Source: Callorhinchus milii
Taxonomy: Eukaryota
Assembly: GCF_018977255.1 (NCBI RefSeq)
Contig: NW_024704742.1
Location: 127,536,001 to 127,600,000, forward strand
Reading direction: 5' to 3'
DNA: 64,000 nt
The notes beneath the pieces were generated by a model that worked only from the letters and a program-made list of their open reading frames with translations, was not told the DNA's origin and ran no database searches. Positions within the stretch are counted from its first letter, which is position 1, and every line of letters starts with the position of its first letter. This document shows positions 51,094 to 63,573 of this stretch, one piece after another. The position numbers and the translations under genes are program-made.

Positions 51094-51719
51094 GATGCAA
51101 GAAGCCTGTAGAACAAGAAGACATAGGTTTAGAGTTGTAAAGGGCAATTTCAGGACAGATACCAGGAAGTCTTTCTTCACTTAGAGTGTAACCGCTGACT
51201 GGAACAGGTTGACAGGAAAGTTGGTAAAGGCCAGGACACAAAATACCTTGATGCTGTGATGGGGAGATGATAGGATGGGAGTTCTGTAAGGATGTGATCA
51301 GATAAGCCCAAGGGCCTCTTCAACCAAACCAGTCTTGTGTGATCTTTCTAAGTACATGCATGCTGTGTGCAAAAAGTGCTGCTACTGTCATTTCTTATGT
51401 GTTGCAAAGAAATACCTTCAATAGCGATCTAACAACCTGGAAGTCATTTTTTTTTATAGCTTCACTTATAATGAATAATAAAATAATAAATAATAATAAC
51501 ATACTGATGAATATCTTTGACATGCCTTTCACATTGGAGTTTTCAAAGAGCTTCACGGGATAAAGTTTAAAGTGTAGTCACTGTGCATTTTGTAGACCGC
51601 TGCAGCCAATTTACCCCTGCAATGCACCACAAACAGCCATTAAATAAATGGAGGGATTTAGAGGAATTTGGGCCAAAACACTGGGAAAAACTCCCTTCTA
51701 TTTTTTAATTGTGCCATGG

Positions 51720-51857
51720 AATTATAGAATTATACAACACAGTAAGAAGTCATTTGGCCCATCGTGTCTGTACCGGCTCTTCGAAAAGAGCTATCCAAAT
51801 CAATCCCACTCCCCCACCATTGCCCTGCAAACTTGTCTTCCCCCAAATAATTATCTG
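51720..51857 (-). mobile_element. CR1 3' tail inside an old SINE
   Basis: Reverse complement of 4250-4390. Confidence 0.85.
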
Positions 51858-51911
51858 TAGGATCCATGGGATCTTTAACATCCACTTGAACATGCAGAGA
51901 GGACGTTGTTT

Positions 51912-52470
51912 TAATAAAACGTGAAATACTGCAGATGCTGGAAAACTGAAGCAAAAACAGAGATCGCTGGGAACACTCAGCAGGTCAGACAGCATTTATG
52001 GAGAATGGAAAGTGGATCAATGTTTCAGATTCATGACCTTTCGTCAGAACTGTGGGATGTTGAGAGGGAGAGATTTTAAGTACTAATAGAGAGGAGAGGC
52101 AGAGCAAGAAAGACAAAGGAGAAAATGGGGTGGAGGACAGGGGATGATGGGTTAAAGAGATGTTAATGATGCAAACAAAGGAAGGCAGCAGAGGCAGAAC
52201 AGAAAGAGAAAAGGTGTGTCTGGGATCCAGATGATGTGCTAATGGTCACAGAAGAGGGCGAGGGGGAAGGTGAGCTGTTTTGGCAGATGGGAACTGTTTT
52301 TATGGTCTGAACTGAGTATTGAGGCCAGAGGGTTGTAAGGTCCCTTGCAGATAGATGAGGTGCTGTTCCTCGAGCTTGTGCTGTGCTTCATTGTAACAAT
52401 GTAGAAGACCATGGATGGCGAGGTAAGAGTGAGACTGGGAGGGAGAGCTGAAGTGGCAGAAAGTTGTTGG
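51912..52470 (-). mobile_element. Penelope-like element 3' part (GIY-YIG C-terminus and pseudo-LTR)
   Basis: Minus: HFSSPSQSHS.LAIHGLLHCYNEAQHKLEEQHLIY.QGTLQPSGLN; pseudo-LTR carries CTGACGA..GAAAC; gttttaata occurs at both ends. Confidence 0.85.
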
Positions 52471-52489
52471 AAGTTTTAATATCTTATCT

Positions 52490-52686
52490 CAGTGGTGGCC
52501 AACCTGAGGTCCGTGGGATGGAAGTGGCCCCTGGAGCCGTCAGGAAGCTCCCCCTCCCCGTAAACACTCACACAAGTCCGTGTTCGATCAATAGATGAAT
52601 ATTTCTTTATATTTATGCCATAAATCAAGAAATATTCAATCAAGAAAATTAATGTTTTGGTTGACCATAAAGATTGGCCACCACTG
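52490..52686. mobile_element. Non-autonomous hAT-type DNA transposon (MITE)
   Basis: Perfect 13-bp TIRs CAGTGGTGGCCAA / TTGGCCACCACTG; 8-bp flanks tcttatct / ccttattt (6/8). Confidence 0.85.
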
Positions 52687-52778
52687 CCTTATTTGAAGGA
52701 TGGATAACACAGACCTTAAGCTATTGAACTCAAGGACCACATTGTAATAAAGTTTGCCTGTGTTATATAACTCTGACA

Positions 52779-54390
52779 TTGCTGAATGCACTATGTAATG
52801 TGTGTCTGTTTTCAGCCAAAATCAGTGGTGACTTGCCGTGTGATTTTCCCCTCACGGTGATTCTTCTGTCTTACAGCACCATTGTTACAAGACAGGTCAG
52901 GCCATTAAGCTCCCGATTGTCAGAGGTTGGCACTCTAAATGGCTCTCTCACAAGAACACGCAGCTGTCAACATTTATTTTACAATCTATTCACGATGTTT
53001 CAGGAAATAGACATTCGGCATAGATATCATGGACGAAAGTGCTAACTTGGAACTTTGCGCTTCATACCCTTGAGAAATACCAACAATAAATTGCATTTGT
53101 ATAGAGCCTTTCAAATCAGGATGACGTCCCAAGATCCATGAAAAGTCTGTGACCAACATCAGATCAGCGCAATTGTTCATAAGATTTTAACGTATTCCTG
53201 TTACCTAGTGAAAACCAGCAGCAGCAATTGAGAACATGTGGCAGATACACCCCCGCCCCGTCCTCCCATCATCACCACCACAAATACAGGATATGTAACC
53301 AACTATACATTTGGTGCTGGAGCACACAAGTGGATAAAATATATGTTTTCAATTTGATACTCTGGGAAAGGAAGTGTTTTTGGCACTGACAGAGGGAGGA
53401 ACACTGTGGGGATTGAAATTCCGGGAGCCGCAAGATACTTGAGCAAAGTTGGTCTGGAGGATTGTATAAATTTCTGCGCCAAAAAGGTTAACGTAAAGGA
53501 ATTGCGATATTATTGTTAGCCTCTGGCTGAGTCGAACTCTGATGGTGGGACTGAAGCCAATCTGAAACCCTTTTCAGAAACTGCAACAGTTTATCAAGCA
53601 GAAGGAGGTAAGGGCGAGGTGAGAACTGGCTTCTGGATGTATTGGCCATACATCTACAGTATACGTTGTAGCAGAGTCTGAACTGATAACATAGAATCCA
53701 GCCAGGGGTGCCTTCACCACTGGCCTGGCCGAAGGGTGTGGCTTTCACCTATAAAGGGACGACTGAGCTCCTAGGGGTTCACTTGGTCATGGGAGGTGCT
53801 GCTGGAGAGAGTCCACAGCACATGTAGGAGACTAGCCTGGTGGGAGTGGGTACTGTGGGCTTGAGCTGGATGGAAGGACAAAGGGCAAGTGGGTAGACAG
53901 ATTTTAGGTACCAGAACCACTGAGGCTTGGGAAATGCCTTAGTTCCAATAAAACATCATTACTGAATTATATGTCTCCCTGCACGCTCTGTTCTGATGTG
54001 AAAAGTGCAATACAAATATCATTTGTTGTTGTTGTTGATGATCTGGGTTTATGCTACAATATTATTGGTTTTAATGGGAGGTGGCAGAGCAAAGATGGAG
54101 CCAAGTGAGTTCTGGAGGGCTGTTGTCCTTGGCCTCATGCATTATGTAATTTAGAGGATGTCTTTTTGGGGTCACTGGTAACATTGTCCCGGACAGACAA
54201 TGGATGCACGACTGGTTGGAGGTGATTTGCTGGGTAAATTATGCCATTGGCTTCAGAATGCGGTGCCTGCAAGTCAGGAGGGCCTTCGTTCAACTGCAAG
54301 CAAGTACGGAGGAACTTTCGATATACAATTGACATTTTATTTTTTCTTTGTTTGCCCAAATTACATTAGCCAACTTAATTTAGGTAATTC
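52779..54390 (+). pseudogene. LRRNT and LRR relics (TLR1-family-like start)
   Basis: DLPCDFPLTVILLSYSTI..SRLSEVGTLNGS..FQEIDIRH (ORF 52779..53045), FDTLGKEVFLALT, NPFQKLQQF, RAFVQLQASTEELSI, ISQLNLGN. Confidence 0.55.
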
Positions 54391-54460
54391 ATGTTGAGCA
54401 TGGAAATTTGACCACGCTATTTTCTATTGGCATAGAAAAACGAATCAATAAAAACTCAAG

Positions 54461-54912
54461 TCAGCCTGGCTCAGTTGTAGCACTGTCTTCTCTGAGTCAG
54501 AAGGTTGTGGATTCAAGCCCCATGTTGGAACTTGGAATCACGTAGTCTAAGATGACACTCCAGTGCAGTATTGGGGGGGTGTTATATTATCCGAGGTGCT
54601 GTCCTTTGGATGAGATGTTAAACCGAACTGTTGTCTGCCTGTTCAGTTGGACTTTAAAATCCTATGCCACCATGTGTCATTGTTTGCCTACAAATACACA
54701 GACACTCCATCTCACAGTAAATCCTGTGAAGTGCTTTGAGACGTTTTGCCAACGTGACAAGCCACGATATCAAATACAAAGATTATTATGTGTTTTGCCC
54801 ACAAACTATAATTAATTTATTCATTTACTTTACAGTATGTTCTGTGAAGCACTTTGAGATCTCAAAGATGTAATACCGAGCTATATCAAATGCAAGGATT
54901 ATTATTATTATT
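54461..54912 (+). mobile_element. Old tRNA/Deu SINE plus a second SINE tail
   Basis: tcagcctggctcagttgtagcactgtcttctctgagtcagaaggttgtggattcaagccc head. Confidence 0.85.
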
Positions 54913-55164
54913 ACATTTTGTCTTTAGCACAATGTCTAGCCTGACATGCCAGTGCCGTGTTGGGAAAACATTGCATTTCTGGAGATGCTGCTTTTTGGAT
55001 TGGATCATTAAAACCTGCCCGTTCTGGTGGAAGTTAAAGATTTCATAATACAATATGAAAAAGGCAGAGCAGTTTCCTGGCCAACAATCCTCCAGATAAA
55101 ATTGTCCATTCATCTTGTTTTTCCCCCATACCTTTCTATATTTTTATTCAAGGGTTTATCAGAT

Positions 55165-55930
55165 TCCCTTTAAAATTATATATCTGGCTGTAAATTAACT
55201 GAAGAATGTGAACAGTTTAATGCTTTGGTCTAATCCGTATTGTCCACTGAGCTGAAACCTCAGGAAAGTAAAGTGCAAATGAATTTCAAAAGCTACCAGT
55301 CATAAGAGACTACAGTCTACTATCTATTTTTTTCTAAGAAGGATTTAATACTGGGCCTTGAGAGGAACAGACAGCAATTGAGATTAGTTTCTTAGCCTAC
55401 AGCATCACCTGGCCTTATAGAGAAGATATTACTGAACAATGAATTACCAGGATGCCACTTATTAATGTTCAAAAACAGGTACAATTATATTTGAAAGATG
55501 GAGAGTTTTTTTTGCAAAGTATTAATGCTATAAATCCCAATGAAATAATTAAGAAGAAAATCACTTTATGAAAATATTTGTCTTCCAAACAAATTCTAAC
55601 TAATACTCATAGCTTAAGTCGATAACTTCATTAAAAAAAAGACTCATCAGCTTCTTGAGTTCATTTGATTTAGATTTAAGTTTTTTTATTAGTATTAAAT
55701 GAATTTTAAATTATTTTCACCAGCAGAGGGAGCAGGAGGTTACAAGGAAAACAAGAGCCAGTCAGCAAACATCGTTAACACTCTTCAAAATGAGAACATA
55801 TGAATGTTTTGTATTGATTGTACAACAAAGCTTGGAGAGAAACTTTCTAATTATTTTCTCAATGAAGAACCAAAGTTTAAATAATATATTGAACAGTATA
55901 GCGAAAACAAGAGCAACAACAAAATTACAT
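55165..55930 (+). pseudogene. LRR and TIR relic (TLR1/6-like TIR wording)
   Basis: FKIIYLAVN*LKNV, ANEFQKLPVIRD; YECFVL..LERNFL..SLNNILNSIAKTR (from ~55800; compare [22 protein letters not shown]). Confidence 0.55.
55720..55733 (+). promoter_or_regulatory. Candidate CTCF motif
   Basis: CCAGCAGAGGGAGC, 13/14 match to CCASYAGRKGGCRS, in AT-rich context; motif match only. Confidence 0.3.
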
Positions 55931-55949
55931 CTGTAACACAATGATAATA

Positions 55950-56380
55950 CAAAGTACTTTTGATATAACGCCTTATCATGTCCTCGAAATGTCTCAAAGT
56001 GCTTTACAGGATGTACTGTAGAATGCATTGATTTCGTGATTGTAGGTGAACGTGGCAGCCAATTTGTCTCCAAAATGTTCCACAAACAGTCATGAAGTGA
56101 ATGATCAATTTTATTGGGGTGGTGGAAACACTGTTGGCCTGGGCACTGTAAGAAATTCCCTACTCTTTTTGAAAAATGTCACAGGATTGCTAAAGTCCAG
56201 CTGCACAGCAGATGGGACTTTGGATAAATGTGTCATCCAAAGGTTGGCGCCTCTGATAATACAGCGCTCCTCCAGCACTGCACTGGAGTGTCAGCCGGGA
56301 CTATGAATACATAATCCTGATGTGAGGTTTAAATCGCAGCCTTCTAAATTAGGGACGAGCATGCTATCAACTTAGCCAGG
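55950..56380 (-). mobile_element. Old tRNA/Deu SINE
   Basis: Reverse complement of the 54461-type family. Confidence 0.8.
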
Positions 56381-56478
56381 CACCTAAATAGCCAGTAACA
56401 ACAGAGCACTGGTCATTGATCCTCCTGTTGATTTTGTGCACTTTGTTCAATCTCCAATGGAATTGCTTCTGATTCTCA

Positions 56479-57640
56479 GTGTATGTATTTGTAAATGTAT
56501 GTGAAAGAAAGAAGACATTGGTTCTAATTTGCGATATTTGCAAAACATCTAATTGTGAAAGGCTTGGGGGTTACCTGAGCTGTGGGGTTCTGCTTTCTGC
56601 TTTTTTCATACACTTTTGGCTTTTAGAAATCACAATTTACTGTTTTGCAACTATTGCAAATTAGACAGAAAAGTCCCATTTGGCCCTTCCTGAACCTTTT
56701 GCAAATACTGTATTGCAAATTAGCATCCACCGTGGGCAAATTGGACATGTGTGGAAATGGTTCAGACAATGTTTAGTGGCAGGCAGACAGGATTTTGCCA
56801 GTGAAATGCATCTAGGAAGTCCTGTGGATGATTATGGATGCAGAATAGATTTCCATTTTTTTTCTACAAATGAGCTAAATTGCAATAATATAGGTATATA
56901 GTAGGCAGCAATTTGATATATGCCAAACTATTGCCAGGTTTGAGCATCATCTGATAAAGGTCTTTACTATAGGGGAAGCTTATTATTTATACCATAGCCA
57001 TTAACTGCAGAAGTGAATATGCAATTAGAAATAGCCACAGCTGCAGTATAGAGTGCTCAGGGCATTGCTTTTGTGTGTGTTGTGTGTATGTGCGTGTGGG
57101 AGGAGTGGTAGGGAACAGAAGCCTTTGCATGGTGAGGATGTAGATGATCTGCATGTGCTGCTAAAACTGCAGAGAATGATTCCAATCCACCCACAGCATA
57201 AAGGTCACCATTTCCCACAGCTCAGTTCATTAGGTAGTCACTGCTGCTGCTGATACTGTGAAAGGACCCACAGTGAAGATGTGAGTTTAACCTTTACTCT
57301 GCGGATAATGCACAGCACCTGCTGAAAGATTTGTTGTGTGAATGGTAAAGCTGCATAAAGCTAGCATCTGTGAGGCATTTCAAATAATAAATGATTTAAA
57401 AACCACAGTAACTTTCATAAGCTTGTTAGTGGACTTACAAATCATGTTGCTGAATAAAATTTTCACAATTTATTTGTTGCCTCGAACTCCCCTGGAGATT
57501 TGCTTTCTGTATTCATTTTTGCAATTGATTTTTTTAACAGAAAATGCATTACCAAAATCTGATATTACATTTCAGTGATAATCAATAGTCATCTGGCTCT
57601 TACTGTCTGCCTTTAAATGAAATCTTGTGTCTCTCTGTTA
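56479..57640 (+). pseudogene. TIR fragment followed by LRR fragments
   Basis: VCERKKTLVLI..HFWLLE; LPEPFANTVLQISI, LHGEDVDDLHVLLKL, NLILHFSDNQ, LSAFK*NLVSL. Confidence 0.4.
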
Positions 57641-57879
57641 AAATTTGCCAGTCAAACAATGCTTCCATTTCTCACCTGTTTCACACAGTTCACCTGAATC
57701 AGAATTCACAGCTCAAATCTCATTTCTGACCTGTTTTGCCTTTCTGCAGATATTCTAAAAACATTCATGGTATTGGTTGAACGTACCATGTTGACACTGT
57801 ACCCAATTTTCTGTTTCCAATAAAAAATAAGATAACAGAAGCGGTTCAGGTGAAAAAGGCCATTTGGCCCATTTATGTT

Positions 57880-58560
57880 TCAGCCTGGCTTTGTTGGTAG
57901 CATTTCTTGCCTGTGAGTCAAAAGACTGTTGATTCAAGTTTCACATTGTGCCTTTAAACTCATAGTCTAGGCTGACATATTAGTGCTGGAATGTGCTCCG
58001 TTACTGGAGGCCATCCTTTGAATGAGATGTTAAACCGGGATTACACAGTACTATTTGAAAAGAGTTTCTCCCAGTTTGTACCAGGCTAGCAATTTCCCAA
58101 ATAAAATTGGTCATTCATTTTATGGCTATTTGTGGGACAGTACTGTGTGCAAATTAACTGCCATGTTTACCCACAAACACACAGGCACTTCAATTTGCAG
58201 TATATCCTGTAAGCGCTTGTGATGTCTTTCTTATGAGAAAGTCATTACAACAACAACAATAAGATTACATTTATATTGCGCCTTTCACGTCGGGAGGACA
58301 TCCTAAGGCGTTGGACAGTGTACAGCATTTCAGACCCGAGCTGGGGACAGGGGAGAGAAGGGAGGGGAGGGGAAGGGGGGATGGTCGAAGAGGAGGGTCT
58401 TGAGGCGGGACTTGAAGGAGGTTAAGGAGGGGGCGAGTGATTGGGGGATTGAATTCCAGAGGTTGGGGGCAGAGTGGCCGAAGGCTCTCCCGCCAATGGT
58501 GGGGTGGATGGGTCGGGAGATGTGGAGCACATTATACCAAATGTAAGGATTATTATTATC
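57880..58560 (+). mobile_element. Old tRNA/Deu SINE with an L2 3' end (58247-58530, minus) in its tail
   Basis: cagcctggctttgttggtagcatt head; L2 PTIGGRAFGHSAPNLWNSIP..FKSRLKTLLF. Confidence 0.8.
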
Positions 58561-59171
58561 TCATCCTTTCAGAACACCAACCCATTACTTTCTTATTACA
58601 GTATTGAGCTGTTTTTCAAATGAGTCAAAACTATTGCCTTCAACCACCCATCCTTGTTCCAGGTGTTGATTATCTTCTGTAAGTAAATAAATAGTCTTAA
58701 ACTTACCTTTCATGACCCTGAGCCTGTGCACTCTAATAGTAATAGGTCTTGCATTTGATATGTAGTAGCACTCTATCACAAAATATATCAAAGCAGCTGC
58801 CAAATTTCTTACAGCAATGTCCCTCAAACAGTCATAAAATGAATGAGTTTTTTTTATTATCTGGACACAGGGAGAAACTCTCTTCTCTTTGAAAAGTGCC
58901 ATGGGATTTTAACATCCACCTGAACAGGCAGTAAGGACCTAAGTTTAATGTTTGATTTGAAGAACGGTATCTCTGACAATGCTGTGTGTGTATGTGCGTG
59001 TGCATGTGGGGTGGGGGGGGGGGGGGGGGGAGTTTGAACCCACAACCTTCAAAATTAAAGATTAGAATGCTACCAACTAAGCCATGTTGATACCTGTTAC
59101 TTTGGAATATACAAAATGATTGTTCCCTATGCCTAAATTCTAGATCTAGTAAAGAATTTCACATAGCTCTA

Positions 59172-60610
59172 TACAACAACAACAAAATTACACTTGGACG
59201 TCCAAAGGTGCTGGACAATCAGTGTTTCAGACCTGAGCTGGGGGTTGGGATCGGGGAGGGTGGAGGGCAGGGGAGGAAGGAGGGTGACCGAAGGCACGGT
59301 TGAAGAGGACCGTCTTGAGATGGGTCTTGAAGAAGGCAAGGGAAGGGGTGCGACAGAGGGACTGTGGGATGGAGTTCCAGAGGGTGGGTGGCTGAAGGCC
59401 TGGCTGCCAATGGTGGGGCGGGCGAGGCAGGGGACGTGAAGCAGACCGGAGCCTGCTGAGCGGAGGGAGCGGGCAGATTGGTAGGGGGTTAGGAGGTCGC
59501 AGAGGTCGGGGGAAGCAAGGCAATGGAGGGCTTTGAAAGTGAGGACCAGGATCTTGAACTGTATCCTCTCTGTGATGGGAAGCCAGTGGATTTGGGTGGT
59601 GATAGGGTTGCGGAGCCTGGTGCGGGAGAGGACACAGGCTGCAGAGTTCTAGATGATCTGCAACCTATGGAGGGAGGAGTTTGGGAGGCCGACAAGCAGG
59701 GCGTTTGCGTAATCGAGCCTGAATATTATGAATGCCTGTATGAGGGTCTCGGCAGCCTGCGGTGTGGGACAGTGGTGGAGCCGGGTGATGTTGCAGAAGT
59801 GGGAAAAGGCAGAGTGGGTCATGGCATGGATGTGGGGTAGAAAGGATAGCTGAGGATCAAACAAGACATCAAGGTTCCAGACTGACTTAATAAAGTGGAG
59901 TGTGCAACCATGGATGGTGATGCTGTCAGTGCCTGATGTGTGGAAATGCTGATGGGAGGCAATCAGGAGAGCCTCGGTCTTGTTGACATTCAGCTGTAGA
60001 AAGTTATCTCTCATCCAGGACTTGATGTCTGACAGACATTCTGTCAGGACAGCAGTGGTCCTGGAGTCAAGGGTGGAGGCAGAGAGATAGAGTTGGGTGT
60101 CATCTGCATACATGGGGAAGTTGACCCTATGTCTGCTGATGATGTCACCAAGAGGGAACATATAGATATTGAAAAGGATGGGACCAAGGGCAGAGCCCTG
60201 AGGAACACCGCATGAGATGGTGCGGGGGCTAGAGTAGAAACCGTGTGTGGAGATGAAGTGGAGACAGTGTGAGAGGTACAATCTGAACCATTCAAGGGCA
60301 GAACCATGAAGGTTGAGGTGAGAGCAGAGGCGTTGGAGGAGGATAGAGTGGTCAGTGGTCTCAAAGGCAGCAGAGAGGTCAAAGAGGATGGGGAGGCAGA
60401 GGTAGACCTGGTCGCAGATGGACAAAATGTCATTTGTCACTTTGACCAGGGTTGTTTCTGTGCTGTGGGCAGCACGGAAACTCGAACAGAGGAGTTTGTG
60501 AAGGGAGTGACAGGAGAGGAAGGACCGAAGCAACAACTCATTTCATTTGGAGAGGAAAGGGAAGTTGGAGATGGGGCAGTAGTTTGAGAGTGGGGATGGG
60601 TCTAGGGAGG
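59172..60610 (-). mobile_element. L2 LINE with a 295-aa RT fragment
   Basis: HSTETTLVKVTNDIL..DLSAAF..GVPQGSALGPILF..YADDTQLY..RLDYANALL. Confidence 0.97.
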
Positions 60611-60732
60611 TTTTTTTTTAAGAATATAACCTCTACAACATGTGGAGTCTCTATAAGGTCCTCTACAAAATGTGTAGTCAGTTCATTTGTCTATTATTCT
60701 TCACTGAGTATCATTTTACCTCCTATTCCCTA

Positions 60733-61039
60733 TAATAATAATAGTAATCCTTGCATTTGATATAGTGCTTTTCACGTCAGGAGGACGTCCCAAAGCGCTT
60801 CACAGAACACACTGTAAAGTGAATTGACTGTATATTTGTGGGTGAATGTGGCAGCCAATTGCGCACAGCAATGTCCCACAAACAGTCGTAGATTGAAAAT
60901 GACCAATTTATTATTGTTTTTGGTTTTTGGAGGATTATTATTAGGTGTGTGGAGAAAGGAAACTTGCCGAAGGTTTCGCCCTGCCTGGAATTGAACTCAG
61001 GTCTCTCGCTTGCAAAGCTACAGGAGCTACAGGACTCCA
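60733..61039 (-). mobile_element. tRNA/Deu SINE, short form, young
   Basis: Family match; head carries a small duplication (gctacagga x2). Confidence 0.93.
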
Positions 61040-61699
61040 CAAAATATATGTGAGCTGTAAGCATGATGGTTTAAATTTATATTTTCACACATCAAGTGTT
61101 AACTGGTTTATTTTAGCAAATTACAAAATTGCTCTTAAAAATGGTTATGTCTTACAATGGAGCTATGTGCAACTGGTAGGAATAAGCATAATTGAAAGAT
61201 AAGAAGCAATGTCACAGTGATTCCCTGTGTGTAACTGAAATTAATAGAAATGTTACAAGATTAAATCAATAACATTATCCTGTCAATAAACAGTTGCAGT
61301 GATGTTGTTCTTCAGATGTCATTGGCAAACACTTCATCGAGTGAGGTTGTTGCTGGAATAGTCTGAGGGAATGGGAAAGCCAGTAAGGTGAAATATGTTG
61401 AGGCTATGAGCACACGGTGCCACAAACAATTCTACCAGGTAAGTTAAAACATGGTTTAGTGAGGGCAAGGATTCTACCAATTCAACCTCTGTAAAGCTAA
61501 ACCCTGCAAGCTAAAACCCTAAGAGTAGGACAGTCCTAACTGGACATGCAGTGGGAAGCTTGCCAGACAGCTCTGAATGGCAAGTTATGTGTTTTTAGCG
61601 TGGTGATTGATTTCTGCACGTGTTAGAATCCCAGCTGACCAAAGAAATACAGGATAGAAGCTTTGTTCTTTGGGATTTCACCATTGAAGGTCACACATT

Positions 61700-61920
61700 C
61701 ACCATTGGAAGTTACACGTTCAGCCATTACACCTCCAAACTCTGGAATGCTCTCCCCCAATCCCCCCGGCTTGTCTCCTCTCCCCTTTTTCAAGTCATCC
61801 CTGAAAACCTTCCTCTTCGATCGTGCTTATAGTCACCTCCCCTCCTCAAACTCCGCCACTGTTAAGTCCTCTGACGCGTTACCCTGCGTGGAGGGCGCTA
61901 TATAAGTACATGTTGTTGTT
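61700..61920 (+). mobile_element. L2 3' end
   Basis: KLWNALP..FKSSLKTFLFDRAY; (ttg)n tail. Confidence 0.85.
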
Positions 61921-62479
61921 GGACTTAGGATTTGCAAATCTTGCAATCTGATATTAGTACAACACCATCAATTTGCATTTATATAGCGCCCTTTACCCGG
62001 GTTAGCATCCCGGAGCGCTTCAAACCGGAATGAAAGGAACAAATCCAGTTTATGAATATCACATCTTAGACCGTGCTGTTTCTGTCTTTTGTTTTAGTTC
62101 TTCAGTTTTTCTTTTCCTTCAGTACAACACTACATTTAAAAAAAATGTTGTTCATTGATACTCTGAAATTTGGCTATAAAAAAAGTCACTATACAAATCC
62201 ACTTTACAGTATATCCCGCAAAGTGTTTTGAGATGTCTTGATGATGTGATAAGGGCCTATATAAAATGCATGGATTATTATTATTATTATTGGTAGTAAT
62301 TACCTGTGAAGTACTTTCAGATGTTTGAACATGATAAGGCCTGCTAGATAAAGTTTCTATTTACTGAAATAAGCCAGTCGTGTCAATGCTATAGTTCTCG
62401 AAACCAAATCAATTTTAATTTTTTCACTTCAGTCAGGAATTGATACAATTGTTTGAAGCAGACAGTACCTCTTCTTTCT

Positions 62480-63120
62480 GGGTTACCTATATAGATTTTC
62501 TGCTGATAATTTCATTCAACAAGACAATCCAAAGGTGGAGTGATATATAAGAGTGCATTTTAATTAGACAGGTTTCCTTCTTTACAATTCTTTTTGATTG
62601 CTCCCTCAGCTCTTTAGATTCTGATGTGTGTTTATATGCAAACACAGAAATATAATCAAGTCTAAAGTTGAATATCAAATACAGCAGCAGTTTACAATTA
62701 CACAATTACACAATTACAACTTACGGGAAACAGCTAGAAGATTCTTGGCAAATAGCACATCAGAATGAATAATTGTAGTTCATATGTGAATAACACTTGT
62801 GATTAAATAGATTAAGAATTAAACTTGTTATAAATAGTATTATATAAAACATTCGAGTGAAAGGGATTCATTCATTTTTTTTGATGCAACATATTCAGGA
62901 CATGAATTGGTTTGATGGTCATAGGTCACACAGCAAATGATCTTGAACAAAGTGCGTTTTGTATTTAAATTTGCATTTTGGTTTTAAACAGCGTTAAATT
63001 GAACAAGTTTATAAGAAGGTGATGACCTACAAATTAGTGTTAAATAACTACAACAATGCAAATGTGTTCTGGCCTAGCCCTAAATAAATTAATTTGGTTA
63101 GAACTCTCAGTAACCTAGTT
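62480..63120. pseudogene. LRR relic fragments on both strands
   Basis: Minus ORF 62487..62705 LDYISVFAYKHTSESKELREQSKRI; plus CSGLALNKLIWLELS (~63065-63110). Confidence 0.4.
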
Positions 63121-63254
63121 TGCTAATTTCATCCAGCAATTTTATTTCTACATCCTGATTTTCAGCTCCTAGTTTGGGCTGACACTCCAGCAACAACAAC
63201 AACTTGCCCTTCATATTGCTGGGTACAAATTGGTACTTCATTTGCTTCCAATAT

Positions 63255-63573
63255 TATAATCATTGCATTTGAAATAGAGCCTTATCACATTTTTGAGACC
63301 TCTCGAAGTGCTTCACAGAACATCCTATAAAGTGAATTGACCGTATATTTTGTGGTTGAAACACGGTAGCCCATTGCGCACAAGTGTCCCACAAACATCG
63401 TGGATTGAATGACTAAATTATTATTTTTAAAAACAACGGGTTCCTAATTACTGCTAGGTAAACAGAAACATGTGGAGTAAGGAAACTTGCCTAAGGTTTT
63501 GTCCTACCTGGGAATCGAGCCTGAGTCCTCTGACTTGCAAGGCGAGTGGTCTAACCAATATGCTGTAGGACTG
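63255..63573 (-). mobile_element. tRNA/Deu SINE, long form
   Basis: Family match. Confidence 0.88.

Noticed and set aside
59649..60536. Longest ORF (295 aa) as a host gene
   Set aside because: It is L2 reverse transcriptase (GVPQGS, YADD), truncated and continuing into an L2 tail.
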